Positions 13,341-26,841 are shown, numbered from the stretch's first letter. The stretch: 64,000 bases of DNA from Octopus vulgaris (GCA_951406725.2 OX597815.1:126728001-126792000); one strand, 5' to 3'. The notes: generated from the letters alone by a model not told the origin. Translations and numbers: made by a program.

Positions 13341-15824
13341 ATAAAACTGAGTTCTAGAAGTGCTGTGTATCCCACCCACGTTTAACAAGGAAATTTTTCA
13401 AACACCGTGCCACAACAAACCAAACTACATCTCTATATTTCTTCTCTTCCTCACATTTCTACTTCATTCATTATGCTTACCTCCCACTCGCCAATCTTGT
13501 CCTCTTGGCCCTGTCTCACTGTATCACTGCTATCCACTAACCCCTGATCTGTGAGTTCCAGCCACAAGTAACAAGAAAACTTTTCACACACCCTACCCCA
13601 ACAAACCAATCTACATCTCTTCTCTTCCTCACATTTCCTCCTTCAAACACTATGTCAAGCTCTTACTCCTCAATCTTGTCCTCATGACCCTGTTCCTCTG
13701 TATCATTGCTATCCAGTAGCACCCCTGACTCATTATATATTGAGGTTTGCTCCACTCACTTTCCCCTCTCTGCACTCTTTAATCATGCTTCAAATTCTAC
13801 CAAGATCGACTTTTGCCTTTCTTACTTTTGAGGATAATAAAGCATAGCTGATGCAATGGGGTTGGGTGGATTAGTGGAATGGTTGGAGTGCTGGACAAAA
13901 TACTTTGTGGTATCAGTTACAGCTCAATGTATTCTGAAGGCACTACCTGCCACAACACTGGTGCCAAGCCATACCAGCCTTATCATTCCTTTGGAAAATA
14001 TCAATGGCATAGAGAGGAGAAACTTGTTACATTAGCAATGAGTAGTCTTTTTGAAAACCTTTGCCCAGGTGTGGATGCATGTTCAGTTCTGACCAAGAGA
14101 AGCCTTAGATATGCCTCTGATAGGCTTTATTTCTCAGGATGAAGAATAGATTGCATGATAATTGTGTATGAACTTTGATGTTGCATGATAGTAAGATGAG
14201 GGTCATGAATACTGAGGAATTGTAAAGACTAGTAAGCTATTAAACAGACATTTTCAAGTGAGTTATGTAAATGTCAGAATACAAATGAGTTGAGTGAAAA
14301 ACTGGAAGTAAGGAAAATCAGTCATAGTGAGCTAGATCAAAGACTGTGCCAATGAAGTGTATGGAGAATGACAACAGTACAAAGAAGTGTCAGACAGTCG
14401 AAATGAGTGGAAAGACACTTGATAAAGTGATGAGGACTGATCTCAGGATGCTGATACTTACATAGGAAATGGCATAGGACTACAACCATTAGCCATACAT
14501 GATGCTGAGAAAACTCATTCACTAGTGCAAGCATGGTGAAATAAACATTAAACTGGTGGTAGTGATGGAGGCAAGGAGGCACATCTTTGTCAGTTGTTCA
14601 CCTAATATGTCCATGTTGAGTCTCCATCTGCTTTTCTCACCTGCTGCTTTGATTTTCCCTTGCCAATCTATCACTGTTTCTCTTATCACACACACTCTCT
14701 CTCTTTACCCACTCACCTTGGTTCTTTTGTCATCACTCTCTGTTCTACTCATCCTATTGTCATGTTGCTTTGAATAAACGACAACATAGAGTATTGAAGA
14801 TCCTTTTGTCTTGCAAGACACCATCTAACCTCACCAGTGCTGGTGCCATGTACCCAGTTCACTTTATAAAGTTGTTAGCAAATGAAAGGAGACAATGTAG
14901 GGTTGAGAGGACCTTGTGTCAGTCTAAGGACATGGTAACTGCTCTAATGTTAGAGTCACAATAAAACACATTCAGAACACTCTGTAAAGTCACAAGTGTT
15001 AGAAAGCATGTCCAGCTATAAAGATCATTAAATGTAATAACATAAATGTTCTGTTTTATTCTATTTTATTTCATTTTACTTCGTTTCTTTGGAAAATTCT
15101 ACCTGTATATAAATAAACTAAGGAAAAATTACTTCATTTCTTCTTCTTTTTCTTACCAATATGAGTGTGTGTATGTGCACAGACTCTTATGGATTTATAT
15201 ATCATCATCGTCGTTGTTTAATGTCCACTTTCCATGCTGTCATGGGTTGGATGGTTTGACTGAGGGCTGGCAAACCAGAAGGCTGCACTAGGCTCCAATC
15301 CAATCTGGCAAAGTTTCTACAGCTGGATACCCTTCCTTACACCAACCATTCCAAGAGTGTAGTGGGTGCTTTTTACATTCCACCAGCATCGGGGCCAGTC
15401 AGGCAGCACTGGCATCGACCACACTTGAATGGTGCTTTTTATGTGCCACCAGCACAGGACCAGTCAGGCAGCACTGGCAATGATCACGCTCAAATGGTGC
15501 TTTTTATGTGCCATCTGTATGAGACCAGTCAGGCGGCACTAGCATCGACCATGCTTGAATGGTACTTTTTACGTACCACTGGCATGAGTGCTAGTCAGGC
15601 GGTACTGTCATCAGCCACAACAACAACTTCACTTACATCAACAAGTCTTCGCAAGTGCAGTTTATCGTTCAATGATTGAAGGGTACTCTTAAATGGACTG
15701 GTTATGCTGCACTGGCATAGGCCATGGTTACAGTCTCACTTGGCTTGCTGGGTCTTCTCAAGCACAACATATCTCCACAGGTCTTAGTCACTTGTCATCT
15801 CCTTGGTGAGGCCCAACATGCTTC

Positions 15825-16160
15825 ACCACCTCATCCAAGGTCTTTCTGGGTCTAACTCTTCCACATCTGGGACACCTGACAGGAAGAGGTCCAGCTTTAT
15901 TTTTGAGACACCTACATCCACCCCATGCAGGTCTCTCAGGCCCTTCTGGAGGATATTGAAGAGATGTGGAGCTCTGAAGCCCAGGCTATTGCAGTATCTT
16001 GTCCTACATTTTGATGTCAAATTTAGAGTCCTTGGCACTATGCAGTGGTGCCCAGTTCTAGTATTTGTGTAACTCTCGATGCCAAAGTTTGGGACAAGTC
16101 CTTCCAAGATCTTCTAGATGTATATTATGACATATCATTCTCGCCTACACTCTAAGGAAT
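15825..16160 (-). mobile_element. CR1-group LINE 3' fragment
   Basis: YSLECRRE...KILEGLVPNFGI...NSLGFRAPHLFNIL...KIKLDLFLSGVPD. Confidence 0.75.
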
Positions 16161-16199
16161 ATATATATATATATACACACACACACATGCATGCTCACA

Positions 16200-16255
<56 letters not shown>

Positions 16256-18310
16256 GTGATGTACTAAAATGCATGATGCATTTGAAAGATGTTAGACTGC
16301 AGCATTCCTATAATGCACATTTAATATTTTAAAGAATGGTATATATTTGGAATCAGGCTATGACATTAAAAAAACATCATATACTTGAAATAATCACAGA
16401 GAACAAGTTAATGATATTATGAATCCTTCATCACAATTGTTTCAATGATGATGATGATGATGATGACGACGATGATGATGATCATTATAATTTAATGTCC
16501 TCCTCCCTCGCTAGCATGGGTTAGATAGTTTGACAAAAACTGGCAAGTCAGAAGACTGCACCAAGCTCTTCCTAATGCCAACCACTTTGCAGGGAATACT
16601 GGGTGCTTTTTATGTAGCACCAGCAGCAGTGAGATCACCAAGTAACTTGCAAGCTGAGGCCCTTCAATTGAGAGAAGGAGTAATATTGAGGGAGGTGGCT
16701 TTGTGCCAGGTGATAAAGGGTTGGAGTATGAATAGAGGAACAGAAATAAGCATCTTGCAGTGGAAGAGATGCGTAGATACCTCAGCTAGGTGGAGAGAAT
16801 GGAGAATGGAAAATGTGATGAGGGGAACACTCAAGTTATGAAAAGATTTATATAAGTGAAGTGGAAGCAAGGATCGCAGAGAATGAAGTTTGGAGGGTGA
16901 GTTAAATTTACAAGATTGGAGAAGAAAAGAGGGACATGGAGTGGAGTGTACACAGGTAGAGGGAGGGTTGTTAGGAGGATATGTTGTGGCAAAAAAATTT
17001 GAAAGGGATCACATTGTGTGAAGGGGGGTTTATGAGAGTGCAAAAGGGGATTAAAGAGTGGGTTGCAAATCTAGGTGGAAGATGGGGTGAAGTGTTGGGA
17101 ATATGAGTTGTGGGAGAGAGATTTGTCAAGGACAGATTATATATAAGGGAATGGGCATAAACAACATGCCTTTAAGGCCTTGATTTTACTTTGTAGGACA
17201 AGTTTTCTCAAGGATGGTTCTTTGTTATTGCCTTATCACATGAGGATATCAAAATATAAAATGGGTTGAAAATATTGCTCTTACATCATAGAATCAAGCT
17301 CAGACAAAATACAAATAATGACAGATGTGCTCAGTAAATATTTATAAAAGAGACAGAAAATAATGATTAGAGAAAAAAATTGAAAATTAATGTAATACAT
17401 TAGTAAAAATATAGAAATGAAGAGTAAAAATTAATATCAAAATCACAAATAAAAATAAACCAATAAAAGTAAAAACACAAATAGGAGACAAAGAAAAGAA
17501 AATTTCACATAATGACCCAATCAAATGATATGAACTAAAATTAATAAGGAACCAAAATAAATAACAATAAATATAAAGAAGGAATAACAAGAATACAAAA
17601 TAATAAATAATGAATAAAAAAGAAATAAATTTAAAAATATAAAAGTATAGAAATTTTTATAGAAAGTATAAAAATAAGCTACTGATTAAAAAATAGAAAT
17701 AAAAAAAAAAAAGAAATCCAAATAAAATTAGCTGTAAAGGATAAAGCAATGAACAACAAATAACATATAAAACTGGAGTCTTGTTCATGGAACAAGATAA
17801 CATGAGTTCGTATTACAAAATGAACAGAGTCTAAGCTACATGTGCATACATATATCATCATCATCATCCTCATCATCATCTTTTAATGTTCATTTCCCAT
17901 GCTGGCATAGGTTGGATGGTTTGACCAGAGCTGGGAAGCTGCACCAGTTTCTAGCCTGATTTGGCCTGGTTTCTACAGCTGGGTGCCTGTCCTAATGTCA
18001 ACCACTTTACGGTGTGTGATGGGTGCTTTTAATGTGGCACTGGCACAAATGCTTTTATGTGACACTGGCATGAGTGTTTTGTACATGTCACTGGCACAAG
18101 GCTCTTGCAGATCAATCCTTTCTACCTGAGGGAGTGGCCTTAACACTTCTACTGTAGAGAAAGGGTCTTCTTGAGCACAGAAAGCACCTGGTATCTCAGT
18201 CCTCTGTCATTTCATCTGAAAGGTTCAGTGTTCTAAAGTTGTCCTTTACTACCACATCCTATGCCTTCCTGGATTTCCCTCAAGTTCCAACTCTCTCTCT
18301 CTCCATATAC

Positions 18311-18355
<45 letters not shown>

Positions 18356-18358
<3 letters not shown>

Positions 18359-18546
18359 AGAGTTCACGAAAAAACAAAAGATGAAGACAGGTGGTGTAGA
18401 AAACAAACAGATGTATTAGTATAATGCTCAGGAATTGAAAAAGTCTTTTACGTTTCAAGCCTACGCTCTTCTACAGAAAGGGACACAGAAATAAACAACG
18501 AGAGAAAAAAATTGTGTAGTGGCTACCGATCTATCATGGTGACTGA
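18356..18546 (-). mobile_element. Short interspersed repeat inside (TA)n with an atypical minimal hammerhead-like motif
   Basis: Minus strand 18445-18480 reads cttt-CTGTAGA-a-gagc gtag gctt-GAAA-cg-TA|aaag. The core has A6T. It sits next to the GIY-YIG remnant. Confidence 0.45.
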
Positions 18547-18590
18547 TATATATATATATATATATCTATCATGGCGACTGATACATATAT

Positions 18591-18979
18591 ATAGTATTAG
18601 GGAAAACGGCAAGAAGCATAGGAGAGCGGGTGAATGAACATTGGAGACAACTCAAGGAAGGTAAAAGCTCATCGATTCTGTACCAACACGCCGAACAGGA
18701 ACACGGGGGATCAATCAATAACATAGAGATTAAGATATTGTCCACACATAGAACACATGCAACAATTAGACAAATTACAGAAGCTACACATATAATAGAA
18801 AATAAACCTAGCCTGAATAGAAAACTAGAATGGAGCAATAGCACACACCACAACATATGACGATAGAGGATCCCGAAAACATAATAAATAAATACACAGA
18901 TAGATAAACAAATAGAAATGAATAACTATATATATGTATATGTATATATGTATGTATATGTATGTATATATATATATAT

Positions 18980-19019
<40 letters not shown>

Positions 19020-19063
19020 ATGTGTATATATATGTGTATACCTATATATACATATATATATAC

Positions 19064-19120
<57 letters not shown>

Positions 19121-19620
19121 TCGATTAGATTTATTATTATTATTACTAATATTGTTGTTTTACATACATACAAGCATATGTAATGATAATAATGGGTGGA
19201 TGTAAACACATGAACAAAATTAGAACAAAAGCAACAACAACAAAAACAAAATACAAATTACATGAATGTATATAAACAGAAGATACAAATATTACAGGCA
19301 TCCCCCCCACACACACACTAAATAAACATAGACGCACATAGAGATATAAGCATGCGCAAATGAAGACATACAATAGAAATACAAAATGGCTGACGGTTAG
19401 TAAGGAGAGACACAAATACGAAAGAAGAAAACAAAGGACCACTGATGCGGTCACAGGAGTGTGACGAAAGAACTCTGGCTGAAATAAGATTAAGATTAAT
19501 GTAAAAAATAAATATCACTGAAGCAAAATAACACCAAATATATAGTGCGTGTGTTTTTATTGGCTAAACTGGCAATATGACCATTCTGAAATATAACAAT
19601 ATCTGTTTCAACACACGACT
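18591..19620 (+). mobile_element. 3' remnant of a Penelope-like element: GIY-YIG endonuclease C-terminus plus 3' region
   Basis: Frame 18600-18860 reads GKTARSIGERVNEHWRQLKEGKSSSILYQHAEQEH...RQITEATHIIENKPSLNR. This matches the PLE GIY-YIG pattern (YIG)xTxRxxxxRxxEH...HxxxxH...ExxxIxxxxPxLN. A minimal hammerhead follows on the same strand. Confidence 0.8.
19439..19478 (+). ncRNA. Minimal type-I hammerhead motif with an A9C core change
   Basis: cca-CTGATGc-g-gtcaca ggag tgtgac-GAAA-gaac-TC|tgg: 3-bp stem I, 6-bp stem II and a minimal stem III. Confidence 0.65.
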
Positions 19621-20208
19621 TCACATAAAAAATCTTGCACAACAAATATTTAAACGTATATATATATATATACACACACACATATACATACATGCATATA
19701 CACATACACATATATATATATCACCATCATCATCATCATCATCATCACCGTCTGCTTTCCATGCTGGCATGGGTTGGGCAGTCTGACTGAGGACTGGCAA
19801 GCCAGAAGGCTGCACCAGGCTCCAATCTGATTTGGCAAGGTTTCTACAGCTGGATGCCCTTCCTAATGCTAACCATTCCAAGAGTGTAGTGTGTGTACTT
19901 TTTATGTGCTACTAGCATGGGGGGCGAGGCAGGTGGCTCTGGCATTGACCATGCTCGAAAGGTACTTTTTACATGCCACCAGCACTGACATTAGCCACAC
20001 TCAAATGGTGCTTTTTATGTGCCACTGGCATGGGTGCCAGTCAGATGGTACTGGCATCAGTCACAACCACAATTTCACTTGACTCAACAAGTCTTCTCAA
20101 GCACGGCATATTGCCCAACAATTGAAAAGTACTTTTAAATGGGCCGGTTATGCGACAGTAACATCGACCATGGCTACAATCTCACTCAGCTTGCCAGGTC
20201 TTCACAAG

Positions 20209-20245
<37 letters not shown>

Positions 20246-20589
20246 TCATCATCATCATCATCATCATCGTTTAACGTCCGTTTTCCATGCTAGCATGGGT
20301 TGGACGGTCCGACTGGGGTCTGGGAAGCCAGGAGGCTGCATCAGGTTCTAGTCTAATCTGGCAGTGTTTCAACAGCTGGATGCCCTTCCTAATGCCAACC
20401 ACTCCATGAGTCCAGTGGGTGCTTTTTATATGCCACTAGCATGGGTATCACAACTACAATTTCCATTTGACTTTTATTTTAATGTTGATGTACTTAACTC
20501 AATAGGTCTCCTCAAGCACAGCAGGTCACCCTATGATCCAAGGTAAGCACAGCAGGCCTTCCTGCAAGCCATGAACTCACTTCATTTGT

Positions 20590-21660
20590 TGGGTCTTCGC
20601 AGTTGCAGCATATCTCAAGAGGTCTTGGTCTCTCATCATTGCCTCTGTGAGGCCCAACATATGAAGGTCATGCTTGACCACCTCACCCATGTCTTCCTGA
20701 GTTTATCTCTACCCCGGATTCCTTCAACTGTTTGGGAGTGGCACTTCTTCACATATCTCTCTTCAGCCATCCATAGCACATGACCATACCAGCGCAAACG
20801 TCTCTCTTGCACACCACATCTGATGCTGCTTGTATCCAACATTTCTCTCAGGGTGCTTACACTCTGTCGTGCATGCACACTGACATTACACATTCAGCAG
20901 ATCATGCTATCTTCATTTCTTTCGAGCCTACACACGTCCTCTCCAGTCACCTCCCATGTTTCACTGCCATGAAGCATGGCAGTTTGCACACATGCATCGT
21001 ACAATCTACCTTTCCCTCTGAGCGAGAGACCCTTTGTCGCCAGGAGGGCAAGGAGCTTTCTAAACTTTGCCCAGGCTATTCTTATTCTAGTGGTAACACT
21101 CTCTGAGCATCCACCCCCACTACAGGCTTGGTTACTGAGGTAGCAGAAGCTATCAACTACTTCTAGTTTCTCCCCTTGAGTGTGATGGAATCTGTTTACT
21201 GAGTATCTGTGGTGCCCTTTGCCTCTGTGCATCTGCCGCACACGAAAGCTATCTTCTCGGTTAATTTTCCTTTGATGTTCATTTCTTTCAAGCCTACACA
21301 AGTCCTCCACTGTCACAGTCCATGTTTCACTGCTGTGAAGCATGGCAGTTTGCACACATGCGTCGTACAATCTAACTTTCACTCTGAGCGAGAGACTCTT
21401 TGTCACCAGTTGGGGTAGAAGCTTTCGAAACTTTGCCCAAGCTATTCTTATTCTAGAGGTAACACTCTCTGAGCATCCACCCCACTACGGACTTGGTCAC
21501 CTACATAGCAGAAGCTATCAACTACTTCTAGTTTCTCCCCCTGGAGTGTGATGGAATCTGTATTCTGAGTATCTGTGGTGTCTATTGCCCCTGTGCATAT
21601 ACCGCACATGAAAGCTATCTTCTTGGTTAATTTTCCTTTGATGTTGCTGCACCTCTTATG
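20590..21660 (-). mobile_element. RTE-clade LINE 3' fragment with an internal ~365-bp tandem duplication
   Basis: Peptides LEVVDSFCYL...RIRIAWAKFRKLL...RLYDACVQTAMLHGSETW...ERRLRWYGHV. Segment 20925-21280 recurs at about 21290-21640. Confidence 0.88.
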
Positions 21661-22310
21661 TGTCCATAGCTTACACTGGGTACATCTTATGGGGTTTTTC
21701 TACCTACACTTTTTCTACAGATCGAGCAGGGCCACTGACCTGAGGGGCTATGAATTGATACATATCCATCTTCACACAGAGTAGGAAATCATATCAAGTT
21801 GAGCTCTAGCCCCTATAATTTAATTAGGACAGATAAAAAGGCTTCAAAAATGTTAGAAGCAAGATTAAAACCTCAAGTAACTTGATATGAATTAAAGATT
21901 CACAATGCCATATATACTGTATATGTAGCTGTGTTAACTTGTGTGCATATACACAAGAAAACCATCTCAATTATTATTACTCAGACATACATACCTATTA
22001 CAGACTGCTATTAATATGATATTATATAGAACAAAAACTGGTGACAACAATAATAGTGAGAGTAATTATAGTAAGAACACTATTAAATAGAAAAAAATTG
22101 CTGATAATAATAATGATGATGATGATGACGATGATGACGATGACGTGGCGGTGATAATGATGATGATGATGGTGATGAAGATTAAAGTCATTATAACAAC
22201 AACCTGCAATTATATAGAAAAATAAAACTGATAATAACAAAAATAATAAAAGTAATTATAACATGTTATTATATAGATGAGAAAACTAATAATAACAATA
22301 ATAATGACGC

Positions 22311-22366
<56 letters not shown>

Positions 22367-22369
<3 letters not shown>

Positions 22370-22890
22370 GCCCTGATGCAGTACCAGGCAGTGACTCTCA
22401 TGGCTTCTGATCTTAACTGATTGGAAGTGTTATCATGTACATTGTTTTGTCTTGGTATAAAAAAGATAGGCTACAGCAAATATTCTGCTCAATACCACAG
22501 ATTTGCTTGTCAGTTACTTGATGTTAACCAGTTGAGCATGTCCCTTAGCAGCTGATGATATGTGCATCTCTGATCATGAGCAGAAGTAGTGGGGGAGCAT
22601 CATAGCTATGTGTTGAGAGGAATTCTTTGGGGTTTGAATAATTCACCCTTGGAAACATGAGTGTTTCATTCAACATCCTTAAACAACCCTTATTCAGGGA
22701 CCTTTTGAGCAGGATGGGCTACTCGACCTGAAGAAAATTCTAACTGGGCCCCACCTGCAAGGTGCTTTTTATCTTGATATGAGATCATGTCGCGCACATA
22801 TGGTTGTGATGCATGTTCCTGGTACACCCTTATCAGACAGGTAGTCATGATGGGCTTTGTATATTTTACCCCAGTGTCACTTTGATGGCA
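22367..22890 (-). mobile_element. Non-coding interspersed element embedded in (AAT)n; a second copy lies at 1-198
   Basis: 22730-22890 matches 1-180. (AAT)n arrays abut both ends here and the right end of the 1-198 copy. Confidence 0.7.
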
Positions 22891-24056
22891 TAATAATCAT
22901 AATAATAATAATAATAATAATCCTTTTTACTAAAGGTACAAGGCTTGAAATTTGGCAGGAGGGGGTTAGTTGATTATATTGACCCTCGTATGTAACTGGT
23001 ACTTATTTCATCGACCCTCAAAGGATAAAAGGCAAAGTCGACCTCGGCAGAATTAGATAATAATAATGATTTCTTCATAAAGACTATTATACAAAAGGTT
23101 TACATCATGAACAATAACAACAATAAAAATAGTAAGATTAAAAACAAAATCAACAAACTAAAAATAGTTATAATGGTGAGAGATATGGTTGTTATTGTAA
23201 TATTAACTGTTCAGTGACATTGAAAGACTTACAGGATGAACAAACAGCTTTATTTCTCCTTTTTATATCTATTTATACCTCTCATCATTTCTGTCACCAT
23301 TTGTGTTTAGTTTGAGCATGACTATGGGGTTATATGAAGGAAATTACAATGAAGGATGCGAAAACTCAATATCTTGTTTTCTGTAATTATATATACGTGT
23401 ATATCATCATCATCATCTTCATCATGGTCATCATCATGTTTTAATATCTACTTTTCTATGCTGGCATGGGTTGGCTGGAATTTGTTGGGGTAGGTTTTTC
23501 TATGGCCAAATACCCTTCTTGTCACCAAAAACACACCTTCTTCCAAGTAAACTAATATTCTCTCATCACCAGATATGTTTCCACAGAAGACTAAAAATAA
23601 ACACTCCTGCTTATAGGACAATGATGCTCATTTACAACCATCACATGGTATTAGACAGGGAAACACACGCGCACACACACACACATACATACGCCCCCCC
23701 ACACACACATACGCTCATACACACACACATACACACACACATATATAAACATACACATCTGTACATATGTATACCAATGGGCTACTTTCACTTTCCATTT
23801 ACCAAAAGCAGTCACGAGGCCTTGGTTGAATATAAAACTATGTTGTTGCGAAACAAACTTCTTACCACATACACATATAAGCATATATACACAGTCATTG
23901 CAGCATGGTTAAGAAGTTCAGTTCCCAAACAGTTTGCTTGGGGTTCCTCCCTACTACATGGTACTTGAGCCAAATATCTTTTACTGCAGCCCCAGGACTG
24001 GCCAAAGCTTAGTAGATTTGGTAGACAGAAACTGAAAGAAGTAGACAGAAACTAAA

Positions 24057-24295
24057 AGGCGGTGAGCTGGCAGAAATGTTAGCATGCCGGGTGAAATGCT
24101 TAGCAGTATTTCACCTACTGCTACGTTCTGAGTTCAAATTCCGCCAAGGTCGACTTTGCCTTTTATCCTTTCGGGGTCGATTAATATAAGTACCACTTAC
24201 ACACTGGGGTCGATATAATCGACTCAATCCTTTGTCTGTCCTTGTTTGTCCCCTCTGTGTGTAGCCCCTTGTGGGCAGTAAATAAATAAGAAACT
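24057..24295 (+). mobile_element. tRNA-derived SINE (representative of an abundant family)
   Basis: A-box-like gagctggcagaa, B-box gagttcaaattcc, and conserved core gtcgactttgccttt(t/c)atcctttcggggtcga. Related copies lie at about 2120-2280, 6955-7085, 22925-23055, 28545-28700, 29970-30180, 39215-39360 and 49770-49950. Confidence 0.85.
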
Positions 24296-24419
24296 GAAAG
24301 AAGTTCATTGTGTATACATATATATATATATATATATCATCATTATCATCATCATCATCATTATCATCGTTTAATGTCCATCTTCCATGCATGCCTGCAT
24401 TTGAGTGTGTGTGTGTGTC

Positions 24420-24705
24420 CTCAACCGAGGAACATCCTTAACTCCAGAGTAGAGGTCTTCGGACCATGCTTGTACTTCAGGAAATTCCTGCTGGGCTACT
24501 GGAAGCCACACGATAAAAGGGTCATTTATGATCAACAGCCAAAGGGAGACAATCCCCGGATGTTGACAAAGTAACAAAACCTTTTCCTCGTCCATTTTCT
24601 AGAGAGGCCATCAGACAACAGGTTTTGGGATCTGATGATACACTGTAAAGCTAAGAGCTTTATGGATGTGAAACCCAGGGTAACCCCATAAACCAGCCTT
24701 GTCTA
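24420..24705 (+). mobile_element. 3' end of a second Penelope-like element (ORF C-terminus plus hammerhead)
   Basis: The peptide NILNSRVEVFGPCLYFRKFLL resembles the LNxRxExxxxCxHxxKF C-terminus of PLE ORFs. A hammerhead lies about 60 nt after the stop codon. Confidence 0.65.
24621..24694 (+). ncRNA. Type-I hammerhead motif with an intact core
   Basis: ggttttgggat-CTGATGA-t-aca ctgtaaagc taaga gctttatgg a tgt-GAAA-ccc a ggg-TA|accccataaacc. Stem I has one mismatch and one bulge, stem II is long, and stem III is quasi-palindromic. Predicted GUA cleavage after 24682. Confidence 0.78.
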
Positions 24706-24741
24706 ACTTCTCTCTCTCTGTCTGTCTCTCTCTCTCTCTCT

Positions 24742-24796
<55 letters not shown>

Positions 24797-25689
24797 CGTG
24801 ATGATGTCATTGGAATATTTCACAAACTTTTGAGAGAATGTAATGAATTGTTTTTGGGAATGTCTACAGATATGTGTTCAAGTCCCACAGATAGCCTTTT
24901 TGTTTCCTGTCCTAAAAGGGTTTTGCAAAGCAATATTCACATGCTATTGCTTATAGCTTTAAGTGTGTGCTTTGAGATACCCCCTCCTCAATTATTTAAC
25001 ATTATTTCAAAACTTTATAAAAATTTCTTATGATGTAAATAACTTACAATTTTCACAGGTAAGAATAAAGTTTCTGAAAGGGACAGTGGAATTTGAAGGA
25101 TTTCTTTGATTCAATGATAGAATGTCTGTTATCTTTATAGATATCGGTTTGAGTTGCACAGAAAGTCTTCATTTTTATTTTTCCAAAAGTTTTTCAATCC
25201 AATACTTACATGCTATTATTCAAATCTTGTTGCTTCAAGATATTCCAATTATATATAAAGGGGTTTCTTTTATTGGCTTCAAAGTATGAGGGTCTAACAG
25301 CCAAAATTATAGCCATTAGACTACCCACAAATTTGTTTTTAGTGGTGAAACCTTGTACAGGACCAGCCATACTTTTTGAAAAACCTGAAAGCAGGACGTT
25401 GCCACAACTCAATGCTTTTCTCAGGCATTTCTGTTAAAATTCTCCATCTCCTGAGATAGTTAACTTTGGCCATAGTTTAGTATCCAACTTTAAACCAGAA
25501 ATTTCCTAGCCCTAGTCCTCATATATATCTTTTATTAAACTTTTAATATTTTTGATATATAAAAAAAATAAATAAATAAATAAATTAATTAATTAATTAA
25601 TTGATAAATAAAATAATATATAAATATAAAAATATACATACATACATATATATATATATTTGTATATATATATAAAATTTATAAGTTTA

Positions 25690-25878
25690 AATTATTTGTA
25701 GATTTCAGTGGTCCAGCATGGTGATATATAATGTTATATCTTGGGATGGTCTTTTTTTGTTTTGCCAAATAAACACACACACTATATATTTGTTCTTCAC
25801 TTGTTTATTTTTGTTTTTATTTTATGTCCATTGAATGGAAATCTTTCGTGTCATGCTTGTGACCTCTTCAGTGACTGT
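25690..25878 (-). mobile_element. Decayed PLE 3'-end fragment related to 19440-19620, with a hammerhead-like core
   Basis: The minus strand reads CTGAAGA-ggtcacaagcatgacac-GAAA-gatt-TC and later aaatatatagtgtgtgtgtttatttggc...gaccatcccaagatataaca. This resembles aaatatatagtgcgtgtgtttttattggc...gaccattctgaaatataaca at 19536-19598. Confidence 0.55.
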
Positions 25879-25879
25879 C

Positions 25880-26080
25880 CAACCCACGAGTCATATATAT
25901 GATGGCTGTGATAGCAGTTCTATGTGTCGAAGATTGTGAGTAAGCATGGCAAGCCCTTGAATGCGTATGTAAACCAATCCTTGAACAACAGGCTCTAGCA
26001 CACCTGGAGCAAATATGTAGGTTTTGGTCAGAAGTGATTGTAACAATAACTCTTTCTTTCTTTGGCATTTCTCATCTGTC
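25880..26080 (-). mobile_element. RTE-type LINE C-terminal zinc-finger fragment
   Basis: CSRCARACCSRIGLHTHSRAC matches the CxxCxxxCxSRIGLxSHxRxC terminus of RTE ORFs. Confidence 0.7.
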
Positions 26081-26803
26081 ACAACTGCACTGGCCTACTC
26101 AACATTGCTTGCTGCAGTCTGGTTACAATCTTCCTCCATGCTGTGACTCTCTCCTATTCTATGTGGTCTGTCCCTATTTGGGTTAGCAGGTATCTCAGCA
26201 GTATCTTGCTCAAGAGCACAACACATAACCTGGTCCAGCAATTGAACTCACAACCTCAAGCTTGTTAACCTGATGCTCTAACCACTGAGCCATGCACCTT
26301 CACCCAACCACACACACACACACACACACTCACACAGTCATATAATTGGATGGCTAATAATCAAAAATAATAACTATTTTATTTAGATTTCTTAGATGAA
26401 TTTTCTTCATAATTTAAAATGATGACATTTCCTTATTTCTTATCTTAGTCTTAACTGTCTAATCCAATATATCAATATTAAAGCTACATTGAAAATATCA
26501 AAAGCAATATTCTTTAATTTCCATTCTAAAAATTACATTAGGCTTTGTCAAGTTACACAATTTGTCAGTTTAAATCTAATGAAAGATTTACATCCCTTAA
26601 AAACCAGTTCTTGGGTTCTATGACTTTTGTCAATGTAAGTAACAGAATAATGGAATCTGTCTTGAAGTGTTTTACATACACACACATTTGCACATAGATA
26701 TAGTGATAGATAGGGAGAGAGAGAGATAGAGAGAGAGAGATACAAATAGGCAAACAGTTTGTTTTATAGATGGTGCTTTCTTTGCATGTGTGAAACATTA
26801 CAC

Positions 26804-26841
<38 letters not shown>

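Noticed and set aside
24057-24145. tRNA gene-like A/B boxes (also at 32122 and 51110)
   Set aside because: They continue into SINE bodies and do not form a full cloverleaf, so they are SINE heads rather than tRNA genes.
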